The notes under the pieces are model-generated. The model ran no database searches, had not been told where the DNA came from, and saw nothing but the letters and a program-made list of their open reading frames with translations. From assembly GCF_001194135.2 (NCBI RefSeq), contig NC_068982.1, forward strand, positions 29,986,257 to 30,050,256: a stretch of 64,000 nt of DNA. The letters are read 5' to 3'. The position numbers and the translations under genes were made by a program. The DNA is from Octopus bimaculoides (Eukaryota). Shown here piece by piece: positions 1 to 12,792 of this stretch (positions are counted from its first letter, which is position 1; each line of letters begins with the position of its first letter).

Positions 1-904
1 ATATATATATAAGAGAGTATTGTAGTTCGCTTGAAGCATTGTGTATTGTTCGTAAAGAATAAAAAGTTTAGAAAGGTATAACAATGCACTATAGAACAAA
101 AAATGGACTATATACCTGTTGTAACTTGGTTATTTATCGGACTATAAATAACCAAGTTACAACAGGTATATAGTCCATTTTTTGTTCTATAGTGCATTGT
201 TATACGTTTCTAAATTTTTTATTCTTTACACACACATATATATATACATACAAACTATGCCATCTCAACCCCAAGCAATGCCGGGTATCTCTTCTAGTAT
301 ATATAAATGTATGTGTGTGTAATTTTCTTCAGCTTACTAGATACACTGGTGTTTTTTTTTTTATTCTCTTGATGATTCACGTTTATGAGGCCAAAGTGTA
401 GTTTTAGAAGTTGGGTAAGCCAAGATTTCCAAAACGAAACAGGCAAGCTGCTTTCATTTCTTTTAAACAATAACTTTCCAAGATTATTATATGCCTGCTA
501 TTTGATGTCAAGAGGATTTTGTATAACTAGATCAAAGAATAAAGAGAAAAAAATGCTTTTGTGTGTGTATATATTTTAAAATTGAGAACAAAATTAAGAC
601 ATTTGTTTATTAAATGTCTGATCATCTCTTGGCAGTTTTCCTCTCTTATATGCTGTGTTATGTTCCTGTTAATGTGAATGCTTTGATTATTATTTTGATT
701 TTAAGTTTGTCCGAAATATTAATTATATTGTTTACTATGCAATCGTAAATTGAAGACAGAATTGTCAAGAGGATGTTTCTGGATTTTGAAACCTCTTGAC
801 TATTGGCACACCTGTCATAACATCTATGCTCAAACAAATGTTTCTAGGATGGCTTATAGTCATGTTTGCCTCTGTATCAATTTCAAATGTCTAAACATAG
901 GTTC

Positions 905-1010
905 AGGTGTGGCTGTGTGGTAAGAAGCTTGCTTCCCAACCATATGGCACCTTGGGCAAAGCCTTGTGTTTGGATTTGGTAGGCAGAAACTGAAAGAAGT
1001 CCGTTGTATA
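905..1010 (+). mobile_element. Internally deleted copy of the main CORE-like tRNA SINE
   Basis: gtggctgtgtggtaagaagcttgcttcccaacc ... gcaccttgggcaa ... gaaactgaaagaag. Confidence 0.75.
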
Positions 1011-1014
1011 TACA

Positions 1015-1680
1015 TAGATCATCATCATTATCATCATCATCGTTGAACATCTGTTTTCCATGCTGGCATGGGTTGGACGGTTTGACTGAGGTCTGGAGAG
1101 CCAGCTGCTGCACCAGGCTCCAACCTGATCTGGCAATGTTTCTACAGCGGGATGCCCTTCCTAATGCCAACCATTCCAAGAGTGTAGTGGGTGCTTTTTA
1201 CATGCCACCGGCACAGGAGCCAGTCAGGTGGGCCTGCCATCAATCACGTTTGGATAGTTCTCTTTATGTGCCCAGTCAGTGGGTACTGGCATCAGCCACG
1301 TTCGGTTGGTGCTTTTTACATGCCACCGGCACAGGAGCCAGTCAGGTAGCACTGGCAATGACCAAGCTCAAATGGTGCTTTTTACGTGCCACTGGCACAG
1401 GAGCCAGTCAGGTAGCACTGGCAACGACCAAGCTCAAATGGTGCTTTTTACGTGCCACTGGCATGAGAGCCAGTCAAGTGGCACTGGCAATGATCATGCT
1501 TGAATGGTGCTTTTAATGTGCCACTGGCAAGGGTGCCAATCAGGCGGTACTGTCATCAACCACGACAATGATTTCACTTGACTCAACAGGTTTTCGCAAG
1601 CCTAGTTTATTGCCCAATGAGTGAAGAGTACTCTTAAATGGGCTGGTTATGCTGCACTGGTATAGGTCACGGTTATGAGG
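1015..1680 (-). mobile_element. RTE-tail element with an internal 66-bp tandem array
   Basis: (GAT)n tail and ttaggaagggcatcc motif on the minus strand. Units start gtgctttttac at 1309, 1375, 1441 and 1507. Confidence 0.75.
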
Positions 1681-1820
1681 GGTTTAGTTCACTGATGATC
1701 TAAACCAGTAGGTATGCTGCATAGGTGCTATAATTGGTCATCAATTTGGTTCCAAGCTCAAGGCTGAGACTGGAGCTATGGATCTGTAGTAGGCTTCCAA
1801 GTTAGCAGGTGAGGTGGGAC

Positions 1821-1939
1821 GAGCATCTCAGGTCATTTAGAATATTCAATTAGAGTAAGGTGAATCAAAAATTACTTCTACTTGTTCTTTTTTGATTCAC
1901 CTTACTCTAATTAGATATTCTAAATTACCTGAGATGCTC
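1821..1939. mobile_element. Hairpin MITE with about 50-bp near-perfect arms
   Basis: gagcatctcaggtcatttagaatattcaattagagtaaggtgaatcaaaa matches the reverse complement of 1890-1939 with few mismatches. Confidence 0.7.
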
Positions 1940-3307
1940 ATCCTGCATTGGTTTTGTTTTACTTTTCTTTTAACACACACACAATCATTGCTATTATGTT
2001 AAACTGTCATATGTCCAAATCTGGCCAAATGGGTTTCTTTCTTTTCAACATTTAATTTTGCTTGCAGTAGCTGGTTCTTTTAGTTAAACTATCATATCTC
2101 CAGCTGCTTCTGATGAAAATTGTCAAAGTGTAGTCCAACAGTTTAGCATTTTCCAAAAGTATAGTAAGCCCCACATACGGCAATTTTGAAAAAATATTTC
2201 TGGCTGAAAATATCATACATACATGCATGGAGTTAGGATTTTATGCACCCAACAAAGTGTTATTGTTCAGCTGAAACTGTTGCTAATGTAAAAAGAAATG
2301 GAATGGTGAAACTATTTTTTTATTTTCTGAAAAAGCAGTGTTTTGGACTTACGATACTTTTGCATAATAATAAAGATATGTATCTCTGTCTCTCTCTCTC
2401 ACCCATGCTAGTATGGAAAGCGGATGTTAAACGATAATGATGTTGATACATACACACACACATACAGACATCAATACAAAGGTGGGTTCAGCACTCCACT
2501 CCAATATCTGGTGCAGTACAATGTGGGGCATAAACATGAACCGAATAATAGAAACAATAGAAATTAAACAGGTATAGTATTCAATATTTTATAGAACATA
2601 CACATGTTTCAGTAAGATGCCATAATAATTACATAACATCTATTAAAGCATTATGCAATTTTTCATCAGTTTCCTGCAATAAGTATGCTTTTTATTGCAA
2701 GATACTGAGATGAAGTACAAGACTGCACAATGTTTCTATAACTTATGTAATTACTATGGCATTTTGCTGAAATGTGTGTGTGTGTGTATGGCCATGAACC
2801 CTCTAAACACTCAGCTTGTTCCCCACATGATTGCACATCCCGAGGGGGTACAATTGTCCATGTCCAGACCACTATTGTAAACTGGTTTTCAGGGATGATA
2901 CAATATCTCACCAAGTCTTCTATACTATTTTAATCCTCCATCAATATACTATTGCTCAACTCAATTAGCTCCCTCAACTCATATCATATCTTAAAAAATA
3001 GAAGAAAGAAAACAAAATGATATACTAGATAATGTGATATGTGATCTTTGTGGCTTATTAAAACAACAAGGTAATCACTGCTGGAATGCTTTTAATTGAA
3101 TGTCTACTTAATCAGGGGTATCACCTAAGGCCAAACAACAATTCTGGGTTAACAAACGACTTCAGTAGCCATATGTTAATGGGCACCATAATGGTTTATT
3201 AATCTTCCAGCTTGACTCTAGCAAGATTATAATTCTTTTTATTAGTGTAATGCTTTTTTTTTCCAGATAATATGTAATTTAATGCTCTTCATTGATTCAG
3301 TTATCTT

Positions 3308-3934
3308 TTTCTATGACTTTGCAGATTTTGGCAGAAATCTAGTTTTACATTTTCCTAACTTACCTGTAGGTGATGTTTCAGAAAATATAAAATTAAAAAC
3401 TGAATTTTTCTCATGTGATTTCACAGTTTTTTGTTTTTTTTTACCACTTTTCTTTTCTATAGATCAATATAGATCTTTAGATTTTTATGTATATATTATG
3501 TACATATATACATTCATATTTATAAATTTGTTTTTTCTTTGTGAAGTATTTTCACTTGTTGCAGTAACACCTAAGAAATGCTTTTAGTAGGACTTTTTGA
3601 ATGGGCTGCATCCATAAGAAGTCAGATGCCTTGATCTTACACCTTCTCTTGCCAACTGTGCACCAGTACATTTTACTGCGTAATACTAAGTTCTAAAATA
3701 ATGTAAGTACTTGAAATCCTTTAGGAGATAAGTTAATTTCTTTTTTGCTTTTTTTTTGTAGTTTCTTTCTGTTTTTTTTTTTGTTTGATTCACCAATAAT
3801 TAGAGAGCTTGCTACACAGCTGCTGTGTTAGAGGATAATTAGCCTTCCTTCTTTCAATATACATTAATTTCACTTTTATCTCTGAAGTTTTAGTCGTCGT
3901 CATCATCATCATCATCATATTATTATTATTATCA

Positions 3935-3966
<32 letters not shown>

Positions 3967-4368
3967 TAAAACTTGCAGCTATGTAGAAAAATATTTTTCT
4001 GAATCAGCAAGTATTTTTCATTTGTGCCTATTATGCAATGAACTTAAATTTCTCTGTATCTTAACAATTATTTCCCCCTTATTTTGAATACTTTTTTCTC
4101 TTTTTTTTTTTTTTTCCCCTTTTTTTTCTTCTCTCTTACTGGTTTCAGTCATGATTGTGGTACTCTTGAGTTACTACTTGAAAGGGTTTCACCCTTTAGC
4201 ATTCAGATTGCTCTGTCAAATGTAATGCTTATTTATCAAGTGAAATCACATGAGAAAAATTCAGTTTTTAATTTTATATTTTCTGAAACTTCACCTAGAG
4301 GTAAGTTAGAAAAATGTAAAATGTATTGCTTAACTAAATTTCTGCCAAAATCTGCAAAGTCATAGAAA
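3308..4368. mobile_element. Foldback-like element with about 115-bp inverted arms
   Basis: 3308-3424 is the reverse complement of 4240-4368, apart from a short insertion in the right arm. Confidence 0.7.
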
Positions 4369-5576
4369 TAAATAAACAGAATCAATGAAGAGAATTAAAT
4401 GAGTATTTACATTAAGTTAAATATAATTTGAAGAAAAATGCATTACACTCTAATAAAAAGCATTATAATCATGTTCAAAACAAGCTGGAAGATTAATAAA
4501 TCATCATAGTGCCCGTTAACATACGGCTACTGTCATGGTTTGTTACTCTGGAGTTGTTGCTTGGTTCTAAGTAACCCCTGACTAAGTAGTCCTATGATTG
4601 AAGACATTCTAACAGATTATATTCTTATTTTAGTGAGAAGCTAAGATCTAATATCCTTTTCTGTTTTCTGTGATTTATTTTATAAGATATGATATGAGTT
4701 GAGAGAGCTGATTAAGCTGAGTGATAGAATATTGATGAAAGATTAAAATAGCATAGAAGATTTGGTGACATATTGAATCATCACTGAAAACCAGTTTACA
4801 CTAGTGGTCTGAATATAGACAATTGTGCCCTCTCATGGGGCACTGGGAGTTCACGAGAAAGCATCACATGTCAAGAGTATGCAACAATGTGGGGTTCAGG
4901 CTGGTTGTTTAGAGGGGTCATAGTCATGCATATATAAAAGAACACAAATGAGGTTTCAATTTTAAGTCTTCTTTTTTTTTATGCTTACACCACACCTATA
5001 AAAAGCATAGTATCATTTAATTATTAATATATAATATTCACTAAAAATATCTTATCGTATAGGTAGTAATTTTTGTATGTTGTGTGCTAATGAATTTAAG
5101 GAGATATTATTAAATAATAATAATAATTTGTTTAACTCCCTTGATGAACGTAAAATTAAATGTAGACATAAATTGTTTCTATAATAAATTTAGCTAACTG
5201 TGTATATATATATGTATATATATATATATAAATATATATACACATATATATGTATATATAANNNNNNNNNNNNNNNNNNNNNNNNNNNNNNNNNNNNNNN
5301 NNNNNNNNNNNNNNNNNNNNNNNNNNNNNNNNNNNNNNNNNNNNNNNNNNNNNNNNNNNNNNNNNNNNNNNNNNNNNNNNNNNNNNNNNNNNNNNNNNNN
5401 NNNNNNNNNNNNNNNNNNNNNNNNNNNNNNNNNNNNNNNNNNNNNNNNNNNNNNNNNNNNNNNNNNNNNNNNNNNNNNNNNNNNNNNNNNNNNNNNNNNN
5501 NNNNNNNNNNNNNNNNNNNNNNNNNNNNNNNNNNNNNNNNNNNNNNNNNNNNNNNNNNNNNNNNNNNNNNNNNNNN

Positions 5577-5958
5577 TCTCTTTATTCTATTACTTTTCTT
5601 TACGCCATATTTTCATGCGAATTAATTCTAATGAACGCTAACGCAGCACATCTAGGCAGTTAGGTGATACAAGAAAGGGACAAAACATACAGATAGACGA
5701 CACAAAGAGAACACGGACATGTCATTCAGAGTTTTCTCTCTTCAGTTGAAATCCAGATTATCTTTGCAATTTTGGCTGGTTATTCTCGATATTACTCCAA
5801 TCTGGCCAGCCCCAAGGAAATACTAAGCTAAGAGCATTAGATTCCTTGGAAGAAAGCAGCGAATGTATACAAAAACGAGGAAGGAAAAAAAACAAACAAT
5901 GTTACACAAATACAGTAGGAATAATAACGGGACATAACTACAGATGTCTTTCGACTAA
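5577..5958 (-). mobile_element. Non-autonomous repeat, possibly a Penelope pLTR derivative
   Basis: CpG-retaining block between microsatellites. The minus strand contains caactgaagagagaaaactctgaatgacatgtc. Confidence 0.35.
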
Positions 5959-5959
5959 G

Positions 5960-6240
5960 GACACACACACATATATATATATGTATATATATATATATAA
6001 ATATATATACACATATATATGTATATATAAATATATATATACACATATATATGTATATATAAATATATATATATATATATATACACATATATGTATATAT
6101 AAAAAATATATATATACACACACATGTATGTATATATACACACACACACACACACACACATGTATAAATATATATAAATATACACACACATATATATAAA
6201 TATATATATATATGAATATATATATATACACACACATATA

Positions 6241-6272
<32 letters not shown>
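5960..6272. repeat. Compound (TA)n/(CA)n microsatellite
   Basis: Direct inspection. Similar arrays at about 14020-14375, 26290-26470, 47660-47799, 48950-49120, 50070-50410, 51490-51630, 52620-52820 and 53380-53545. Confidence 0.95.
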
Positions 6273-6278
<6 letters not shown>

Positions 6279-6765
6279 GGAAAAAGAGAGACTTCCAGAG
6301 ACCTCTCTGTGCATTTTGAAAGACTCACTTTCCTATATGCTTTTCTTGCTTTTTACTCTTGTATATCTGTTACATACAAAGTTCTTCTCTTTCTGCCTGC
6401 TTCCAATTCTGTTCTGTCTTTTATATCAGGTACATCATATAATATTCCCTCTAAAAGGCTTTTGCATACTAAACCCAACCATTTTGCAGATGGTAGCAGC
6501 GTGTTGCTGTTTAAAACTTTTGCTACTGTTCTATGAAATTTCAACTCCTCATTGGCTGGCTGTTGGTAATGGTCTTGTTGCTTTCTCCGTCTTGATATTC
6601 TTCATATCTTCAGTAGCTATTCTGACTGTAAAGTTATCAATTTCAATACCTGATCCCCTTACCTGGGGGTAGTTGCTCCCACTTCTACACATTCTCCTCA
6701 CACAGTTTCTCATTGAAGCCCTTTTATGCCTTGTTATCAGTGAGGTTACGTGTGTGTGAATGTTG

Positions 6766-6800
<35 letters not shown>

Positions 6801-7995
6801 GTACATATATATATAAATAATTATATATTTATTCATTTAATCCCATTCTTATTAACTAAGTCAATATTGGATTATGAGCATTTCTATATTGATACAGCAA
6901 TAATAAAGCAGCTCAATATTTGATTACACTCAAAGCTTTTTTACACTAGTTTTTCATAATTTATTAATTAGGAAATATGTTCTATGTAACTTTGTATCGA
7001 CTTCTTTCTGTGAAGGGTTGCTATTAATGTTGCTATTAATATATTTATCAGCTTTGTTCCATTTTCTTTGGTAAATCTGTAAATCAAATATTCCACAAAA
7101 AAAAAAAGATTTCTTTTATTGATTCTATATTCCTCTTTGCTAGTTATATCAATTTTTCTTTTTATTTTTTGGTGTGAAGTAAAGAGACAATTTTATCTGA
7201 GCAATTTAGATATTTCTGGAACTGAACTGTTGTGCAAGAATATGAGGTATATTGGCAACATGGCTTTGAATGATTCTTAAATAAGTAATATAAAGAATTT
7301 TAGAGGATTTTCTGTTCTATGTGAACCAAGTAGGTATAGGTGTGTTGTGTTGAAGAAGCAAAACTACGATGCTGTAAATTTGTTTCATTCTTCTTCAACA
7401 CCATAAATAAAATAATTGATAAAGCAATGCAATCATACTTTCTTCATGGGAAACCTCAATCTAGCTGTTTAACCTGCCAACTGTAGCAGCCAAAACTCCC
7501 TCAAATCATATCCTACTGTCTTAAAAAAAGAAGGAAGGACATGCTGGATAATGTATTTAAATATACTCTGTCTGAAAGATAGAGGAGCATTTCATGGCAT
7601 GAAGGTATGTTTGTTTAGGGTTGGAATCATTAGAATAATTAAACAATAATAATCATTTCTAAGTTAGCAAAGTATTGTACTAATTCTCTTGCTGTTTATT
7701 ATCAATTCAGCTCTGACCAAGTAGACTTGTATATTCCAAAAGTTGTTATTGTATCTTTTTAGAAACAGAGGTTTGGTTGCTATTTCTAGCTGATTGAGTG
7801 ACCTCTTTCTTGTTAAAATACAATTGTTTCTATTGTTATAGTTATACAGCTACTCACAAAAGTGTAGGGAAATAAGAATAAGATGATGGCAAATACGAAA
7901 CCTCATGAGTTTACAGTAGTGTTAGAGAATCCAAAACAGTATTTTATGACCTTTCCTACTGATAGCTTTTATTAATGGTGTACTACAGAAGTTGT

Positions 7996-8268
7996 GGAGA
8001 CGCAATGGCCCAGTGGTTAGGGCAGTGGACTCGCGGTCATAGGATCGCAGTTTCGATTCCCAGACCGGGCGTTGTGAGTGTTTATTGAGCGAAAACACCT
8101 AAAGCTCCACAAGGCTCCGGCAGGGGATGGCGGCGAACCCTGCTGTACTCTTTCACCACAACTTTCTCTCACTCTTACTTCCTGTTTCTGTTGTGCCTGT
8201 AATTCAAAGGGTCAGCCTTGTCACACTGTGTCATGCTGAATATCCCCGAGAACTACATTAAGAGTACA
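7996..8268 (+). mobile_element. tRNA-derived SINE, cut by a gap
   Basis: A box tggcccagtggt and B-box-like gtttcgattcc. Its 3' part matches the tail of the 11246-11571 SINE. Confidence 0.8.
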
Positions 8269-8841
8269 NNNNNNNNNNNNNNNNNNNNNNNNNNNNNNNN
8301 NNNNNNNNNNNNNNNNNNNNNNNNNNNNNNNNNNNNNNNNNNNNNNNNNNNNNNNNNNNNNNNNNNNNNNNNNNNNNNNNNNNNNNNNNNNNNNNNNNNN
8401 NNNNNNNNNNNNNNNNNNNNNNNNNNNNNNNNNNNNNNNNNNNNNNNNNNNNNNNNNNNNNNNNNNNNNNNNNNNNNNNNNNNNNNNNNNNNNNNNNNNN
8501 NNNNNNNNNNNNNNNNNNNNNNNNNNNNNNNNNNNNNNNNNNNNNNNNNNNNNNNNNNNNNNNNNNNNNNNNNNNNNNNNNNNNNNNNNNNNNNNNNNNN
8601 NNNNNNNNNNNNNNNNNNNNNNNNNNNNNNNNNNNNNNNNNNNNNNNNNNNNNNNNNNNNNNNNNNNNNNNNNNNNNNNNNNNNNNNNNNNNNNNNNNNN
8701 NNNNNNNNNNNNNNNNNNNNNNNNNNNNNNNNNNNNNNNNNNNNNNNNNNNNNNNNNNNNNNNNNNNNNNNNNNNNNNNNNNNNNNNNNNNNNNNNNNNN
8801 NNNNNNNNNNNNNNNNNNNNNNNNNNNNNNNNNNNNNNNNN

Positions 8842-9044
8842 CAAACAGACACACACACACACACACATATATATACATATATATATACAACGGGCTTCTT
8901 TCAGTTTCCGTCTACAAATCCACTCACAAGGCTTTGGTCGGCCTGAGGCTATAGTAGAAGACACTTGCCTGAGGTGCCATGCAGTGGGACTGAACCCAGA
9001 ACCATGTGGTTGGTAAGCAAGCTACTTACCACACAGCTACTCCT
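8842..9044 (-). mobile_element. Main CORE-like tRNA SINE, 5' half
   Basis: Reverse complement of gagtagctgtgtggtaagtagcttgcttaccaaccacatggttc...gggcaagtgtcttctactatagcc. Confidence 0.85.
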
Positions 9045-10650
9045 AACCATCTCTTTCTTGGTTTACTCTTAGGTCTCCTGCCTGTTGGCTCAGCTTGAAG
9101 AAGCTGTGTTGTGACATTTTTTCGTCAAAATTACTAGTTATGTCTCAGAAACTTTCTGTCATTTGACTTTCCTGACAGATTCTCAAGCATGACTAGTTGA
9201 GACTTTGGATATTATTCAACCATCTCATTCTTAGTTTACTCTTAAGTCTTCTGCTCATTGGCTGGCCTTGAAGAATTTTGTCTTGTGATTCTTTTCTGCA
9301 ACATTCTAATCACATTTTTTTAGTGCTGGAGCTGTGATTTCTCAAAGCAACATGACCTGGAGAGTTGGAAAGCCCAGTGACAGTTACTTCTGATAGGCCC
9401 CTCTAGAAATGGACTCTACTCCCTGAGGACACTCCCTTCCCACTAATGCTCCCAGGAAAATGGGCAGAGAAGGGTGGCTGACTGGCTGGATGGATGCAAG
9501 AGACTGACACAACTTGCCACCAATGTCATTGCAAGTATTCTTGCTTGAATGGAAAAAGCTGGAATAAATAATGCAGCATATTCTGTCTGGAACTGTAAAA
9601 GTTCCACTAAGCTACCACTCATGAGGAGAGTTTTTTTAAATTTTTTATTAAGCTAAGCTTGGTAGGATTTGAACTCAGTGTGCAAAGAATTGGAACAAAT
9701 GCTGTGAGACATTCTAACTGATGTTGTTAAGACTCTTCCAACCCACCACCTTATAATATGGTATTTATACATCTGTCTGTGATATACAATGGTGGCTGAA
9801 ATTTATAGATATATTCTGTAGTAGAGTATAACATTGAAACAAAACATTATTAGCACATCAATAATTCATTAATAGATCTTAATATATGTCATGTCTAGTA
9901 AACTGTCTGTGTGGTAATTTGCTTCCGTTTTATAGAAGTAATGTTATTTAGCTCCAGGCCAGACCTGATCTGGGGGAACCTATACTCATAGGACATTTCA
10001 TCAGTGAATTGCTGTTTTTTTTTTTTTGTCAGATACATTCTGTTTAGAATCACATTATCCAGTGCATACTCTTTTTTGGTTTTGTAAGAGAGCTATAGCT
10101 GCTATTTCTAGTTGGTTGAGCAACTACAGAGAGGCTCTCTTGGTTTCATGAAAAATGTTTTTATAAAATCTAGCTCATCATCATCATCATCATTATTATT
10201 ATTATTTTATTAATTTGACTCAGGTTTAGTCCTTTTCCTGGTAGGATTTATGTGGGTAGCAGGTTACTACCTGTAACCTTAATTATCCACTAGCTTTCAA
10301 TAGTCTTTCAAGTGCTTTGCACTCTCCTGATGATATTTCCTGTCCTTAAGAGGCAAACTTTCTGTAGAGGCCCTGCAGGACATTCTATTCCAATCTCCTT
10401 CAACCATTTAATATGGTACTCAATGCACCAGTTATTTCAAGCACAACCATTACAGTTTTCATATTCCAAGGTATTGTATTTTGTTTTTTGTTTTTCATTT
10501 TCATTCTTTACGATCCAAGAATCAAAGGGACATGATGGATCAATTAGTAAGCAACTTTGCTTTTTCTTGTCTTTTCTTGTTATGCCCAGCCTGTTATTTT
10601 CTAGCGTCTTGTCCATTTGAATAGGGGAGTCCCACAAAATCTTACATTTC

Positions 10651-11189
10651 GGATCTATTTTAAAACGGGGGCCACATTTTTCATTAATGTTTTACGTAGT
10701 GTTTTTGGTACGGAAAGACTTTCAAACTTCGTATACTTATCTATTTTGTGTTATAGAACAGAAAAATATTTTTGTATTCGAATTTATTTCATGTAAAAAA
10801 TTGTCTTATTTCGATAATTTCAACCAATCACTGACAAGTATTCAGTTGTTTATATTTACTCCTTTGGCTGATTAAGCAATGTAAAGCGTATTTAATCTCC
10901 ATACCTTCGTTTTATTTGCTTTTTTTTTCATTTTAAATTTGCTTTAACCCTAACCCTAACCCTATGGTTAGGGTTAGGGTTAATTGTTTCAGAATCGTTT
11001 GTTTATGTAGTTGGCACTTAATGTATATCGGCTGAATACGACAACTTTAACATAGAAAAACTTATGGATTTCTTTTTTTTTTAAGAAGACTAAGAGAAAA
11101 AGATGTTTTATATGACACATTCTACCAGTGTTCCAAGTTTCAAAGTGTTTCGTTAATGAAAAATGTGGCCCCCGTTTTAAAAAAGATCC
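10651..11189. mobile_element. MITE with about 38-bp TIRs and an 8-bp TSD (Merlin-like), with a central telomeric palindrome
   Basis: TIRs GGATCT-ATTTTAAAACGGGGGCCACATTTTTCATTAA and its complement ending AGATCC. TSD tacatttc at 10643-10650 and 11190-11197. The superfamily is inferred from the GG termini and 8-bp TSD. Confidence 0.75.
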
Positions 11190-11245
11190 TACATTTCTCC
11201 CACCCCAGCACACTTTTGATCCTATGATCTTACCTTATGTCTACT

Positions 11246-11571
11246 GAGAACACTCCGTTGGTTACGACGACGAGGGTCCCAGCTGATACGATCAACGGAA
11301 CAGCTTGCTCGTGAAATTAACGTGCAAGTGACTGAGCAATCTACAGACTCGTGTACCCCTAACGTAATTCTCAGGGAGATTCAGTGTGACATAGGGTATG
11401 ACAAGGCTGGCCCTTTGAAATACAGGTACTACTCATTTTTGTCAGCTGAGTGGACTGGAGCAACGTGAAATAAAGTGTCTTGCTCAAGGACACAACGCGT
11501 CACCGGGAATTGAACTCACAACCTTACAATTGTGAGTCGAATGCCCCTAACCACTAAGCCACGTGCCTTCA
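11246..11571 (-). mobile_element. Full-length tRNA-derived SINE with a 12-bp TSD
   Basis: Head gtgaaggcacgtggcttagtggttag...gagttcaattccc on the minus strand. TSD cttatgtctact at 11234-11245 and 11572-11583. Older relatives lie at about 30290-30600 (-) and 52275-52610 (+). Confidence 0.88.
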
Positions 11572-12792
11572 CTTATGTCTACTATTTGTAATACAAATAC
11601 TAAGAGTAATTGTAATAGTAGTAAGTAGTAGTAGTAGTAGTAGTAGTAGTTAGTAAGGCAACAAGCTGGAACCAGATGCTAATGCTTGGCAGCATTTCTA
11701 CCTTCTGAGTTCAAATTCCACTGAGGTTAATTTTGCCTTTCATCCCTTTCAGGGTCGATAAAGTAAAGTAGCAGTCAAGTGCTGGGGGTCAGTATAACCT
11801 ACTTGTCACCTCCCTTCAGAATTACTAGCCTTGTGCCAAAAGTTTCTAAGAACTATTTTTATTATGAGTTGTACATCTGAATATTGGTAGCAGTCCTCTT
11901 AATAAGAAAGGATGGAACTAAGAAAGCCAGGTCAACAAAGACACATTTGTCTCCACTTTATCTCATGGCATGACAATGAATAACCATTTCCCATTTTTAT
12001 TTCCAATTCCTATTCTTCTTGAGGCAAAGTATCATTAAGCCTACAGAGTCTTGTGATTGACCATCCCTATTCTCAACAAAGAACTTAATGAGATGGTTAT
12101 AGAATTTATGACCGTTCTACCCTCTCTTTTGCCATTTATTGTCATCCAAGCATTAAATTTTACAACTGATTTCTTTCTTATTGGAGTCAATGTTATCATT
12201 ATTGATAATAGCTGCAGATTTAGTTAAAGAGAGATGGATATAAGGAACAGTGATATCTTGGAATTTGAAGAAATTTATTTTATATCAAAGGGATGTAGGC
12301 TGAAGAAAGCTTAGAGGGTATGCTCAATAGAATGGCGGATGTGATCCTGTCCAATGTATTAATTAAAGGAAAGCTAGTGAATGTAGATTTCATTAGAGAA
12401 TGTGACATATAGAACTGGATAAGTAAAAATGATAGAAACTTCTTGCACGTTTAAAGTATTTCTGTTGGCATAGCAGACAATGTGTTGCAACTTCTACAAT
12501 GACAGTGGTGCCAAATCATAATGGCCATGCTGTTCTGTTGGATTCATCAGTGATGTGGAGATGGAGGAGGGACACACAAGCACGTGAACAAACGCACACA
12601 TACACACACACACACACACAATGCATAGGTAACAATCTCTTCTCTAACCATACTGCCGAGGCTTGGATCCTATCAAACTGCCTGTACTGGATGCATAGTA
12701 GTGTGGACAACTAACTAGGTAGGACCTTTATCCATGATCATTAATGACAGAGAAGGCATTCTGAGGCTAATAAAACAATAGTAATAATAATA

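Noticed and set aside
1004-1516. 170-aa ORF with 22-aa repeats
   Set aside because: It is produced by the 66-bp tandem array of a repeat element read antisense; there is no independent coding evidence.
1305-1560. CRISPR-like repeat/spacer pattern
   Set aside because: Whole units are homologous with no unique spacers, the context is eukaryotic and there are no cas genes.
7996-8070. tRNA-like A and B boxes (also at about 11500-11571 and 52275-52345)
   Set aside because: They continue into SINE body and tail and lack a complete cloverleaf, so they are SINE heads, not tRNA genes.
10945-10983. Interstitial telomere fusion site
   Set aside because: It has only a few repeats per side and lies inside a TIR/TSD-bounded element, so it is transposon cargo.
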